Shown: positions 1-8,993, numbered from the stretch's first letter. The stretch: 23,087 nucleotides of DNA from an uncultured archaeon (GCA_964473825.1 CAYYQL010000038.1:1-23087); one strand, 5' to 3'. Numbers and translations are program-made. Notes: generated by a model not told the origin, from the letters alone.

Positions 1-18
1 AGAAATTACAACAAGGAC

Positions 19-771
19 TTATCGGAAGAGATCCTCTTCTGGAGGGCGCGCGATATCTCTTGCCTTCTCATTTCCCGAGGCGTAACGATACCCTCTGATG
101 ACTGCTGCAGGGATTCCCTCTGCGCTCTGTCCAATCACAGGTTCCGCAGCAGAGGCAAGTTCATCTGCTTGGCATACCATGGATTGTTCTAAGACTCGCC
201 CAAAGAGGTCTCTCTTGCCTTTGTTATGTTTGAATGCGTTCAGCCCATCTGTTCCTATGGCAACACCCACTGATCCCTTCCGCCAAGGTCTGCCCTGTGA
301 ATCCGAAATCACAACACCTACATCTATCCCAAGAAGACCTCTGATTCCATCCCTTATTGTCTGTGCACTCAGGTCTGGATCCTCTGGGAGCAGTACGTAC
401 GTTTCTGGTTCTGTGTTGGATTTGTCCACTCCACTGAAGTTGCATATCTGGCCATTCTTCGTTTCAGTGATCAGAACTCGTTCGGCCCGGATGATGTTTC
501 TGCTCTCTCTTAGAGCCAGCTCGACCTGAACTGGATCGAAGTTGTTCCTCTTGGCGATTTGTGCCGCTCTATCGGTGACTTCCACATCAGATGACTTGAT
601 GATACGGCCTTCTGCCTTGGACACTATCTTCTGGGTCACCACTAGTACATCTCCCTCTTGAATCACTATGCGGCTTTCTCTTATTGCATTCACAAGGAGT
701 TCTGCGATGTTATCTCCAGGTCGGACCATCGGTACACCTTGTACACCAATAACGCGAACTACTCCTGACAC
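19..771 (-). CDS. cofE: Coenzyme F420-0:L-glutamate ligase
   Basis: 250 aa, GTG start; CofE motifs VPMVRPGDNI, VVTQKIVSKAEG, SGVDKSN, LLPEDPD, VISDSQGRPWRKG, ADELASAA, EGIPAAVIRG. Confidence 0.93.
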   Translation of the reverse strand: MSGVVRVIGVQGVPMVRPGDNIAELLVNAIRESRIVIQEGDVLVVTQKIVSKAEGRIIKSSDVEVTDRAAQIAKRNNFDPVQVELALRESRNIIRAERVLITETKNGQICNFSGVDKSNTEPETYVLLPEDPDLSAQTIRDGIRGLLGIDVGVVISDSQGRPWRKGSVGVAIGTDGLNAFKHNKGKRDLFGRVLEQSMVCQADELASAAEPVIGQSAEGIPAAVIRGYRYASGNEKARDIARPPEEDLFR

Positions 772-1069
772 AGATAGAACATCCTAGGCGCACGCTGGTG
801 TCGTCTACAACGAATATCCTCTTATATGCACGCTTAGAACACGTGTACTAAGTTGCACCGAAGCCGCAATAGAATCAATATGAACATGGCTCAGAAGGAG
901 GCTGTGGTGCTTCATAGCTTCCACGGGAAAACAATAAATGCAGACTGCGTTAGCTCAAAGCAGTTGGCTCGTATATGACCATATAGATTGTGGTCTGTCG
1001 CAGGTAATGAAGGGCGAAGAATCCGTAGCCTGCAACCAAAGCAATAATCGCGAAGATGGAGTGGATCAA

Positions 1070-3058
1070 TTGAGTTCCTCAAAAAGAAGTGAATCAGCTG
1101 GCAAGAAGCGGTCCCATGAAACAGGGGACATCAAACAGGGTACAATAGCGAAATTCATGAGAAAGAGGACTCAGTTGGTTGGATTTGAGACAGGCCTGAA
1201 CAAGCATACACAGTACGCTATCGAGTTCTTAGATAACGCCATTGATGCTCTTGAGAGCTGGTGGTGGAGAAAGAAACGTAAACCGAAGCTGACTGACCAG
1301 CTTGGTCCAGAGATTATCAAGGAGATACGCGAGAAGCTTGAAGGAAAGACGATCGATTCAATTGCACGGTCCAAGAAACTGGAGAGAGACACCAAGGCAG
1401 GTCGGGAGGTAGATGTTCCTCCACGACAAAAGGAAACGTTGGATGAACGTATCAAGAGATTTAGGAAATTCCTCATACCGTTCCGCACGTTGATCAAGAA
1501 GAATGAGCCCTTTGCAGTGATGAAGCTTACTGAGGTCCATATGCCAGATCTTGTGGCGTTAGATGACGAGGAAGGTTTCAAAGTCTACGAGTTCACATGC
1601 TTCGATAATGGTATTGGGATGGTTCCTCAGGACCTTGAGAAGTTCGGCATCTATCTTGCATCAAGCAAGTCTGAGAAGCTTCGTCAGACACGAGGAAGTC
1701 AAGGCTTCGGAGCTCCGTCAGCATTCAGTGACGCGCAGAACACTACGGGGAAGCCCATCTTTACGGTCTCCAAGCGAATGGGTTCGAAGATGTCCACCGT
1801 TGCAGACTTCTACACAACGACCGAAAACACAAAGGACTATGTTGGCGGACCTAAACAGATGAAACTCCCATTCAAGCATGGGACTTACGTTCGGCTCAAC
1901 TACCTGAATATCCAGTATCGCAGAGGCTATGCAGACATATATGCAGAGATGGCCTCGCTTCTGAATTCACATGCTACGATTATCTTCATAGACCCCTATG
2001 GTGAGGTCCACATCTATCCGCGACGAGTCAACAAGTTTCCTGAAGAACCCAGATTTGCCCAACCTCATCCTGCAAGCATCAGAATCGGTGAGTTTCAGGA
2101 CCTTCTACGAGAAACCAAGGAGAAGACTATCAAGAGATTTCTGACGAAGGCTTTCACCCGTTTGTCTACAAATAAGGCGAAGGACATCGTCAAGGCGGCG
2201 AATGCGGAGCTTGGGAAGAGACATCTTGATAAGATTAAACTCGGCGCTCCTCCTAGGAGCCTGAGTAAGGTTCAGGTAGAGCTGCTCTATCGTGCTTTCT
2301 CTAGTGAGGACTACTACTCTCCCCCTACCGACACCGTCGTCCCAGTAGGTGAAGAGGTATTCGAGCAGACGATAAAGATGGCCTACAAGCCCGACTTCGT
2401 GACATCGGTTACCAGGAAGCCAACATCGGGCAAAGGTCTCTCTTTTGCTGTTGAGGTGTGTATTGCATATGGAGGAGAGATTGAACCCGCAACATCTGCG
2501 CCGATGGTTCTCTGGAGATTCGTCAACCGTGTACCCAAGTTGCGTGATAACAGCGATTGTGCTACCTGGAAAGCCTGTACTATGGTGAACTGGAAGAACT
2601 ACAAGCTGAAAACATTTGACAACGGTATACCTCGAGGCCCTGTTATGGTCTTCATCCATGTATGTGGTGCCTACGTGCATGTCATGTTCAAAGGACAGAG
2701 CAAACAGGCCTTAGCTGAGGATGAGGTTCTGCTCAAAGAAATCAAGCTTGCTCTTGAAGAGGCCGGCCGTAAATTCAGGCGTTATATCACGCGAAGAGAA
2801 ACTGCGAAGCGCAAGGCAAAACGAGCGGGCATTCTTGCTATGTACGCTGATCAGTTCACACACAGTCTCGTCACGATAGCAAATGGTTATGTGGGAAAGG
2901 AGGTATACGATGCGGAAACTCTGGCAAGCAAGATACGTGATTCGATTACCGGATTTGAAACACAAGAAGACCTAGATGAGACCGAAACGGACTCTGAAGG
3001 AAGCGATTTAGTTTCTGATGTGCCGCTTGGTGAGGGTGAGGAATCTGAGGAGGAATAG
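1070..3058 (+). CDS. top6B: DNA topoisomerase VI subunit B (GHKL ATPase, H2TH and transducer domains) with an ~80-aa insert and an acidic C-tail
   Basis: GHKL boxes EFLDNAIDA, DNGIGM, QTRGSQGFG, HGT; PHP; RFVNRVP; VNWKNY; GQSKQAL; directly upstream of top6A. The ORF is open from 938, but TTG at 1070 (GGAG 8 nt upstream) or GTG at 1061 is the more likely start. Confidence 0.93.
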   Translation: MSSSKRSESAGKKRSHETGDIKQGTIAKFMRKRTQLVGFETGLNKHTQYAIEFLDNAIDALESWWWRKKRKPKLTDQLGPEIIKEIREKLEGKTIDSIARSKKLERDTKAGREVDVPPRQKETLDERIKRFRKFLIPFRTLIKKNEPFAVMKLTEVHMPDLVALDDEEGFKVYEFTCFDNGIGMVPQDLEKFGIYLASSKSEKLRQTRGSQGFGAPSAFSDAQNTTGKPIFTVSKRMGSKMSTVADFYTTTENTKDYVGGPKQMKLPFKHGTYVRLNYLNIQYRRGYADIYAEMASLLNSHATIIFIDPYGEVHIYPRRVNKFPEEPRFAQPHPASIRIGEFQDLLRETKEKTIKRFLTKAFTRLSTNKAKDIVKAANAELGKRHLDKIKLGAPPRSLSKVQVELLYRAFSSEDYYSPPTDTVVPVGEEVFEQTIKMAYKPDFVTSVTRKPTSGKGLSFAVEVCIAYGGEIEPATSAPMVLWRFVNRVPKLRDNSDCATWKACTMVNWKNYKLKTFDNGIPRGPVMVFIHVCGAYVHVMFKGQSKQALAEDEVLLKEIKLALEEAGRKFRRYITRRETAKRKAKRAGILAMYADQFTHSLVTIANGYVGKEVYDAETLASKIRDSITGFETQEDLDETETDSEGSDLVSDVPLGEGEESEEE

Positions 3059-3061
3059 TTC

Positions 3062-5302
3062 ATGGCTACGAAGCGAAAGAAAGGGGAAACTGTTCAGATG
3101 ACTCTAGATGCTGCCAATGCGAAGAGTGAGAAGATGCAGAGCAAACTGATGGACTTGTCCGGTGTTGGAGAGAAGACCGTCGAGAGCCTTCTCAAGGCAG
3201 GATACGACTCTCCGGAAAAGATAGCAAAGTCGAGCGTAGGTACTCTGGCCAAAAAAGTAGATGGAGTGGGGAAAGGAACGGCGGAGACAATTATTGCAGC
3301 TGCCAAGAAGATGGTGAAAGCACCGACGACGAAGACCAGCCGAAGGAAGACCACCAAAGGGGTGAAGAAGAAACCTCAATCTGCGATCTCGATGACCAAG
3401 CTTCCAGGTGTGGGCGCGAAGACAAGAGAAAGTCTCATTGCAGCTGGTTATGATTCTGTTGAGAAGATTTCAAGCTCGAAGCCGTCCGAGATTGCGAAGG
3501 GCGTCGAGGGGGTAGGAAAGAGCACCGCGGAGAAAATTGTGAGAGCAGCCAAGAAGATGTCAAAACCTCCGAAGAAGAAGTCAAAACCGAAGAAGAAATC
3601 CAGAACCGAACAACCAACGAAAAGCGATGCTCTTGAAACATCAATGACATCTCTTCCGGGTGTGGGGGCCAAGACGCGGGACAGTCTTATTGCAGCTGGC
3701 TACGACTCCGTGGAGAAGATTTCACGTTCGAAAGCATCAGTGATTGCCAAAAATATTGACGGTGTTGGTACGAAGACAGCTGAAGCCATTGTAAAGGCGG
3801 CAAAAGAGATCTTACCACCGGAAGAGCCGGAAAGCCCTGATATTTCCATGAAGGATCTTCCTGGCGTCGGCCCCAAGACAAGGGACGCTCTAGTTGATGC
3901 AGGGTATTCATCAATAGCGAAGATATCAGAGACAAAGCCAACTGAGATTGCGAAGGCAGTTGACGGTGTTGGAAAAACCACGGCCGGGAAAATTGTTAAA
4001 GCGGCACAGGAGCTAGTGGGATCAGAACAAGAATCTGTGGAAGAGCCCAAGCCCTCTATGAGGCCTGTCAGACCACTCAAGAAGGTTCCCGAACGAGAAA
4101 GGGCTAAACCCGTGAAGAAGAAGTCTGGCCTGCCAGTGCCCGAGACAGTCATACAACTTGAGAAGGAAATGAAGGAGAACTGGGCGGAGGCTCAGAAGAA
4201 GATTGACCAGAGAGAAGTCCAGAAGACAATGAAGGTCTCGGCACTCACTGCCGATGAGACCGAGGAACGGTTGGTCAAGGAAGTTGAGATGATTCTTAAT
4301 GAAATAGTTACCACCGGGCGGCCTGCCTTCGAGATTCCTAGTAGGTCATCGGATAATATCGTATGGGACGAGGTGCGCGACCTGCTACTTCTTGGTATGA
4401 AGAAGATATCTCGCCCCTATCACTCACTCGGTTCTGTTGTTGATGCAACGCGCACGGCACGTCTGATGGAGATTGTCTTCCAACTGCTTCAGTCTAATCT
4501 ACACGCAACAAAGCGAGAAGTATTCTATAGTGATGTCAATCTATTCCGAGACCAGAAGTACAGTGATAGAATCATGGAAGATGTAGCCTCGATGCTTCAG
4601 ACAACCCGTGACAGCATCCACATTGTAGCTTCTGCCAGAGGTTCTGCGATGGGAAGGGTCGTAATACGAGATGGAGGTGACCTGATTGACCTGACAAAGA
4701 TGGGCACTGGTGGATGGGCTATCACCCCGTTTCTTGATCAGGTCGACATCGTCGAGAGCGATGCCGAATTCATCATCATGTCAGAGAAGGACGCTGCTGT
4801 CATGAGGTTAGCTGAGGCAAAATACTGGAACCGACAGCCGTGCATTGTACTGACTGGGAAAGGTTCAGGAGACATCGCTACTCGCGCATTTTTGAAGCGC
4901 CTTGTTCGAGAACTGGAGATTCCGGCCTTTGCTCTGGTAGATTCCGACCCCTACGGGCACTATATCTACTCTGTGTTTCTGCGGGGTTCCAAGAGGCTTT
5001 CATACGAATCGCCATTCATCGCCACACCCGAACTGAAGCTTCTGGGTGTTCTGAGCCGTGATCTTGATGCGTATAACATCCCCAAAGCCGTGCGTATCCC
5101 AATGGAGCCGACGGACATGAAACGTGTCAAGGATATGCTGAAAGAAGATTTTGTTCAGAGCAATAAGGAATGGGTGGAGGACCTCCGGCTGATGCTCAGG
5201 CTCAAAGAGAAGGCAGAGATTCAGGCCTTTGCCAGTCATAGCTTCGAGTTTCTCACAGACGAGTACCTTCCTACCAAGCTGGAAACCGGCGATTGGATCT
5301 AA
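3062..5302 (+). CDS. top6A: DNA topoisomerase VI subunit A (Spo11/Top6A family) with an N-terminal array of four (HhH)2 domains
   Basis: C-terminal ~350 aa contain the catalytic-Tyr motif ATKREVFY, TOPRIM SEKDAA, TGKG, DSDPYG and KAEIQAF. N-terminal ~320 aa hold four LxGVG...AGY...GVG repeats. GAGGAGG SD upstream. Confidence 0.93.
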   Translation: MATKRKKGETVQMTLDAANAKSEKMQSKLMDLSGVGEKTVESLLKAGYDSPEKIAKSSVGTLAKKVDGVGKGTAETIIAAAKKMVKAPTTKTSRRKTTKGVKKKPQSAISMTKLPGVGAKTRESLIAAGYDSVEKISSSKPSEIAKGVEGVGKSTAEKIVRAAKKMSKPPKKKSKPKKKSRTEQPTKSDALETSMTSLPGVGAKTRDSLIAAGYDSVEKISRSKASVIAKNIDGVGTKTAEAIVKAAKEILPPEEPESPDISMKDLPGVGPKTRDALVDAGYSSIAKISETKPTEIAKAVDGVGKTTAGKIVKAAQELVGSEQESVEEPKPSMRPVRPLKKVPERERAKPVKKKSGLPVPETVIQLEKEMKENWAEAQKKIDQREVQKTMKVSALTADETEERLVKEVEMILNEIVTTGRPAFEIPSRSSDNIVWDEVRDLLLLGMKKISRPYHSLGSVVDATRTARLMEIVFQLLQSNLHATKREVFYSDVNLFRDQKYSDRIMEDVASMLQTTRDSIHIVASARGSAMGRVVIRDGGDLIDLTKMGTGGWAITPFLDQVDIVESDAEFIIMSEKDAAVMRLAEAKYWNRQPCIVLTGKGSGDIATRAFLKRLVRELEIPAFALVDSDPYGHYIYSVFLRGSKRLSYESPFIATPELKLLGVLSRDLDAYNIPKAVRIPMEPTDMKRVKDMLKEDFVQSNKEWVEDLRLMLRLKEKAEIQAFASHSFEFLTDEYLPTKLETGDWI
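3146..4015 (+). repeat. Four degenerate ~168-bp (56-aa) intragenic repeats encoding tandem helix-hairpin-helix domains: 3146-3313, 3392-3559, 3644-3811, 3848-4015
   Basis: Consensus L(P/S)GVGxKTxxxLxxAGYxSxxKIxxxxxxxIAKxV(D/E)GVGxxTAxxIVxAAxx seen four times; copies 2 and 3 are also clearly similar at DNA level. Confidence 0.92.
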
Positions 5303-5427
5303 AAGCACGCGTCCAGTGCTATCAAGGGCAACAGATACGGCTCTCTTGCAGTGTGAAGAAACTCATAAGACCCAATGCAATTATGTATCGTAGACTATGC
5401 ACCTAGAGTTCAAACGAGGAATTACCC

Positions 5428-6366
5428 ATGGTTGTTTCAAAGCTCGGAATACGCGTTGTTGATTCACATGCTCATTTCTTTACTTATGATAATATGAAAA
5501 AATGGCTGGAGGATGAAGAGAATGTGGAGCGAATGCAACAGAGGGTCAAATACCAAACCGACATGGATGAGCTCAAGCTTCCTGACGATCCCTGGGATGT
5601 CGGGAAGATGTGGATTGATGAGCTTGATAAGTACGGCATCTCTGCAATTGGGATGATGGTATCTCCGGAGGCGTGGGATGAGTTCAATGAGGCACGTCGA
5701 CGCTTTCCCTATCGATTCATGGGTTACGCAAACATAGATCCCACTCGTGATGATGTTGTTGAGCTTGTTGCACGGGCTGGAAGTGACGATTTTCAGGGAA
5801 TCAAGCTGTATCCGAGTACATGGGACTTCCCTGTCTACGACGAAAGAGTCTATCCGATCTACGAAGAGGCATTGCGTCAGGAATTGCTAGTTATACTCCA
5901 CTTCGGAATTACGATCGGTTCCAAAGCGAATCTACGCTTTGGCAATCCGTTGGATATCCAAAAGCCAGCTCAGGACTTCCCTGATCTCAACTTCATGGTT
6001 GCTCACTTTGGAGCCGGTTTCTTTCGAGAAGCACTTATGCTCATGTACCAAGTACCAAATGTCGTCATGGACACGAGCGGTAGCAATAGCTGGATGGACT
6101 ATCAGCCAATTGATTTGACAATCACCAAAGTATTCGAGCGAGCTCTGAAAGCTGGTGCATCTTGTCGGGTAGTCTTCGGGACAGACTCTTCATTCTTTCC
6201 GCGTGGCTTCCGTTACAACATCCTAGAGGAGCAGTTCAATGCAGTGAAGGCTATCTGCTCTCAAATGTGCTATTCATCCGATGATGTAGACCTGATCTTT
6301 AGCGGAAACATCCTGCGACTGACAGGATTTCGTCCGGCTGACTGGAGTGAATGGGTGCAGGACTAG
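5428..6366 (+). CDS. Amidohydrolase family protein (TIM-barrel metal-dependent hydrolase, Amidohydro_2-like)
   Basis: VDSHAH (HxH), FQGIKLYP, VILHFG, FPDLNFMVAHFG, VVFGTDS, IFSGNILRL; GAGG SD. Confidence 0.88.
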   Translation: MVVSKLGIRVVDSHAHFFTYDNMKKWLEDEENVERMQQRVKYQTDMDELKLPDDPWDVGKMWIDELDKYGISAIGMMVSPEAWDEFNEARRRFPYRFMGYANIDPTRDDVVELVARAGSDDFQGIKLYPSTWDFPVYDERVYPIYEEALRQELLVILHFGITIGSKANLRFGNPLDIQKPAQDFPDLNFMVAHFGAGFFREALMLMYQVPNVVMDTSGSNSWMDYQPIDLTITKVFERALKAGASCRVVFGTDSSFFPRGFRYNILEEQFNAVKAICSQMCYSSDDVDLIFSGNILRLTGFRPADWSEWVQD

Positions 6367-6372
6367 AGATGG

Positions 6373-7629
6373 CTAAGCTTTTCGTATCTTTTTCTCAAGG
6401 CCTCTTAGCCTCTTCTGGTCATCGCCCAGTCGGAACTTCTCTGCGGCCTCTTGATATAACGCAAGAGCATCACGTGACATTCCCTTCTTAACCAAGTCGT
6501 CTCCCTCTGACTCGATGAGCTTCCCCCAATCCGAATAGCATTCGCGGACCTTCTCAGCACACTTTCCACGCATCTTGGCATTTGTGGTGAACATGTAAAT
6601 CTCTCTTGCCTTCTTGTATTGCACAATAGCCCATTCGAACTCGTCTTCTTTCTTGTGCTCTTCTGCCTGGTCATAGTGGAATTCCGCCATGGCCTCATAT
6701 CCGTCATCTATTTTCTTGCGAGCATCATCAACCGCTTTCTCGTAGTTGGCTCTTTCAAATAGCTTCTTTGCCATTTCAAAGGACTCTATAGCTTTCTCAT
6801 GTTCATTTGCTTCGAGTAGCTCTTCTCCGTGCTCAATTCGCGCCTTTCCCATGGCTTCAAACACGTAGTCCGGATAATCGAATCCGTCTCCGGTGATTGC
6901 TGCTCCGCAACTCGGACAGCTTGGAGTCTTCAATTCCTTCATCGGTTCGTCGATTCCTATCCTCTCGGGTTTGCCGACTATTACATCGATGAACTCCTTC
7001 GAAGTTACCCCTCTTCCACTGGGAAACAGATGTGCAACCGTGTCAGTGGGGTCCTCGCATTCTCCATGGGGGAACAGATGATCGCGTGCTTCGCTCATTG
7101 ACGATTCTTCACACCGGCCATCCTCCACTATATCCGGAGGTTCAACCTCGATGAAGGGGTTTCCTACTTTCACATCATCTGGTGTTATGACCCTGTCTTC
7201 TGGAGCCTCCCATGTCAGGCTTTCTTCATCCATGCTCTTCGCTGATTCATCTTCATCCGAACGGATATCATCTACTTCCCAGCTGAGTGCCATGTCCGTT
7301 ACCTCCTGATCGGTTCCTTCGTCATGCAACTCCTCCGGCTCTTCTGTGAGAGGTTCTAGGTCTGACTCCTCAAGAGGCGGCAAGATATCTAACTCATCAC
7401 CCTCCTCTCTTGTAACCTCCAGACTGTCGCCATCTGCAAGCATGTTAGTCATCTTTGATTTCAGGGCCTCGAGTTCGGGATTAAGCTGAGTGGTATCCCC
7501 TCCTTCTTTGGGTGATTCCTCTTTAGCCTCCTCTTGTGGCCCGAGTCTCGTACCACATGTCATGCAATGGGTCGACCCTTTTCCCACGCGAGCTCCACAT
7601 TCTGGACAGAAGTTGATATCGGCCACCAT
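6373..7629 (-). CDS. Hypothetical protein: double zinc ribbon, long acidic linker, C-terminal TPR/SNAP-like helical repeats
   Basis: FCPECG...HCMTCG at the N-terminus; E/D-rich low-complexity middle; lone CPSCG; three helical repeats with A-x3-(F/Y)-x2-A-x3-(F/Y) patterns. Confidence 0.75.
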   Translation of the reverse strand: MVADINFCPECGARVGKGSTHCMTCGTRLGPQEEAKEESPKEGGDTTQLNPELEALKSKMTNMLADGDSLEVTREEGDELDILPPLEESDLEPLTEEPEELHDEGTDQEVTDMALSWEVDDIRSDEDESAKSMDEESLTWEAPEDRVITPDDVKVGNPFIEVEPPDIVEDGRCEESSMSEARDHLFPHGECEDPTDTVAHLFPSGRGVTSKEFIDVIVGKPERIGIDEPMKELKTPSCPSCGAAITGDGFDYPDYVFEAMGKARIEHGEELLEANEHEKAIESFEMAKKLFERANYEKAVDDARKKIDDGYEAMAEFHYDQAEEHKKEDEFEWAIVQYKKAREIYMFTTNAKMRGKCAEKVRECYSDWGKLIESEGDDLVKKGMSRDALALYQEAAEKFRLGDDQKRLRGLEKKIRKA

Positions 7630-7777
7630 ATGTATCCGCCAAATTATTCTGGACTGGAATAGATAAGGTAACTTGGTCTTTCCTTACAAATCGAAGAAAC
7701 CCATACCTCATTTGTGAATGTAAAGATCAGTCCACCATTTATCTCGCTCTAGTCATTTCATAAGAGTTACTCGTATC

Positions 7778-8404
7778 TCATGCCGGGGCGTATAGAGTCG
7801 CGTATACTGCCAGAGTTATCACAATTCCAATGAGGAGCCCCAAGAGTCCTTGTTCTAGGGAGTGTTGTTTCAGAGTCATCCGCGACCATACCACAAGAAA
7901 CCAAATGGGAACGACAAGTAGCGCCACGACACCGTACATCCAGATAAGAGCAGTCCCCGGTCCTGAAACCCCCGCGGCATGGACGGAGACCTTCGTATAA
8001 TGATTGGTCATCGTTACACCGGAGGTGACAAAGACGTACGCAGCAGCCAGTATGGCCATCACTGTGCATTGTGTCAGTGAGTATAATATGTAGGCCAACG
8101 CATAGCAGGCGATTGAGAATAAGAAGTATCGTCCTCTGTGTTCCCGCCGGGATACATCGAGGTCAACATGCCCTCTCCAAGCATTGATGAGAATCGGACT
8201 AATAGGCAATATCACCATGGTCAGGGCACATATGAACACCAGCTCAATAGGCCCGAGGACCGGGCCTAGTCCAATGGGCGAAGTGAGCGCAATCAGGAGT
8301 GCGATATAGAGGTTGAACAGGGGCGCAGCTGTCAAGCGTGAGATCACTCTTGCTAGACTGACCTTTCGGCCTTTCAGTTTCAAGACTTGATCCCCGAATA
8401 GCAT
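7778..8404 (-). CDS. Integral membrane PAP2-superfamily phosphatase-like protein
   Basis: About 6-7 hydrophobic helices; KVSVHAAG and WSRMTLKQHSLEQ match PAP2 motif 2 and motif 3 (SRxxxxxH) variants. Confidence 0.7.
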   Translation of the reverse strand: MLFGDQVLKLKGRKVSLARVISRLTAAPLFNLYIALLIALTSPIGLGPVLGPIELVFICALTMVILPISPILINAWRGHVDLDVSRREHRGRYFLFSIACYALAYILYSLTQCTVMAILAAAYVFVTSGVTMTNHYTKVSVHAAGVSGPGTALIWMYGVVALLVVPIWFLVVWSRMTLKQHSLEQGLLGLLIGIVITLAVYATLYAPA

Positions 8405-8565
8405 AACTCATTCCTCAGTCATGAAGGGCTTCTGCTCTGTCTTTTTGAAGTGTTTGGTATTTGAATTGCTCCAGCTGTTAGGTGTTCTTCATGTAGAAAG
8501 ACAGGGAAAACCTTTATTCACTGAAATTACTCCTAGCAGACAACAGTTTTCGTGAACCCTTACGG

Positions 8566-8886
8566 ATGTGCTCCAAAATGCCAGCAATGCCAAAGCGCGA
8601 GATGTTCGAACAGATAATACAGAGCATTACGACTAAATTTCCTGATGTATACGCTGCCCTCTTCATTAGTCCTGAAGGCTTCCCAATCAACACGTGGGGA
8701 GTGTCTATGGAGCGCGCTGAAGAAATCTCGGCGCTTCTGAGTTCGCTTATTGGCAAGACTAAGGAGATCATATGCCAGGTAAGCGAAGGTGCTGCAATGC
8801 AGTTCATCCAGATTGCAACTAATATCGGGTCTATCAGGATCGCTCCTCAAGAGGAGTATATCCTTGTGACACTGGCGAAGAACTGA
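8566..8886 (+). CDS. Roadblock/LC7 (MglB-like) domain protein
   Basis: ~100 aa with pattern helix-DVYAALFISPEGFPI-helix(EEISALLSSL)-IQIATNIGSIRIAP-YILVTLAK; alternative ATG starts at 8578 and 8587. Confidence 0.85.
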   Translation: MCSKMPAMPKREMFEQIIQSITTKFPDVYAALFISPEGFPINTWGVSMERAEEISALLSSLIGKTKEIICQVSEGAAMQFIQIATNIGSIRIAPQEEYILVTLAKN

Positions 8887-8993
8887 TACGCTTTTCTGAT
8901 TCGCTGATGCTATGCATGCAAGGGTGCAGTTCGTGTTGCGTCTATGAGACCATAACTATAACTATCTCTCACTCGGTGGAACCACTAGTGCCA

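Noticed and set aside
938-1069. 44-aa N-terminal extension of Top6B from ATG 938
   Set aside because: It has no family resemblance and lies in the divergent promoter region; an SD-like motif supports the later start.
1259-1507. Intein in Top6B
   Set aside because: The insert is too short and has no terminal (H)N followed by C/S/T and no recognisable splicing blocks.
3062-5302. Calling the gene a meiotic-type Spo11
   Set aside because: It is coupled to a Top6B with intact ATP-binding motifs, so the ordinary Topo VI assignment is sufficient.
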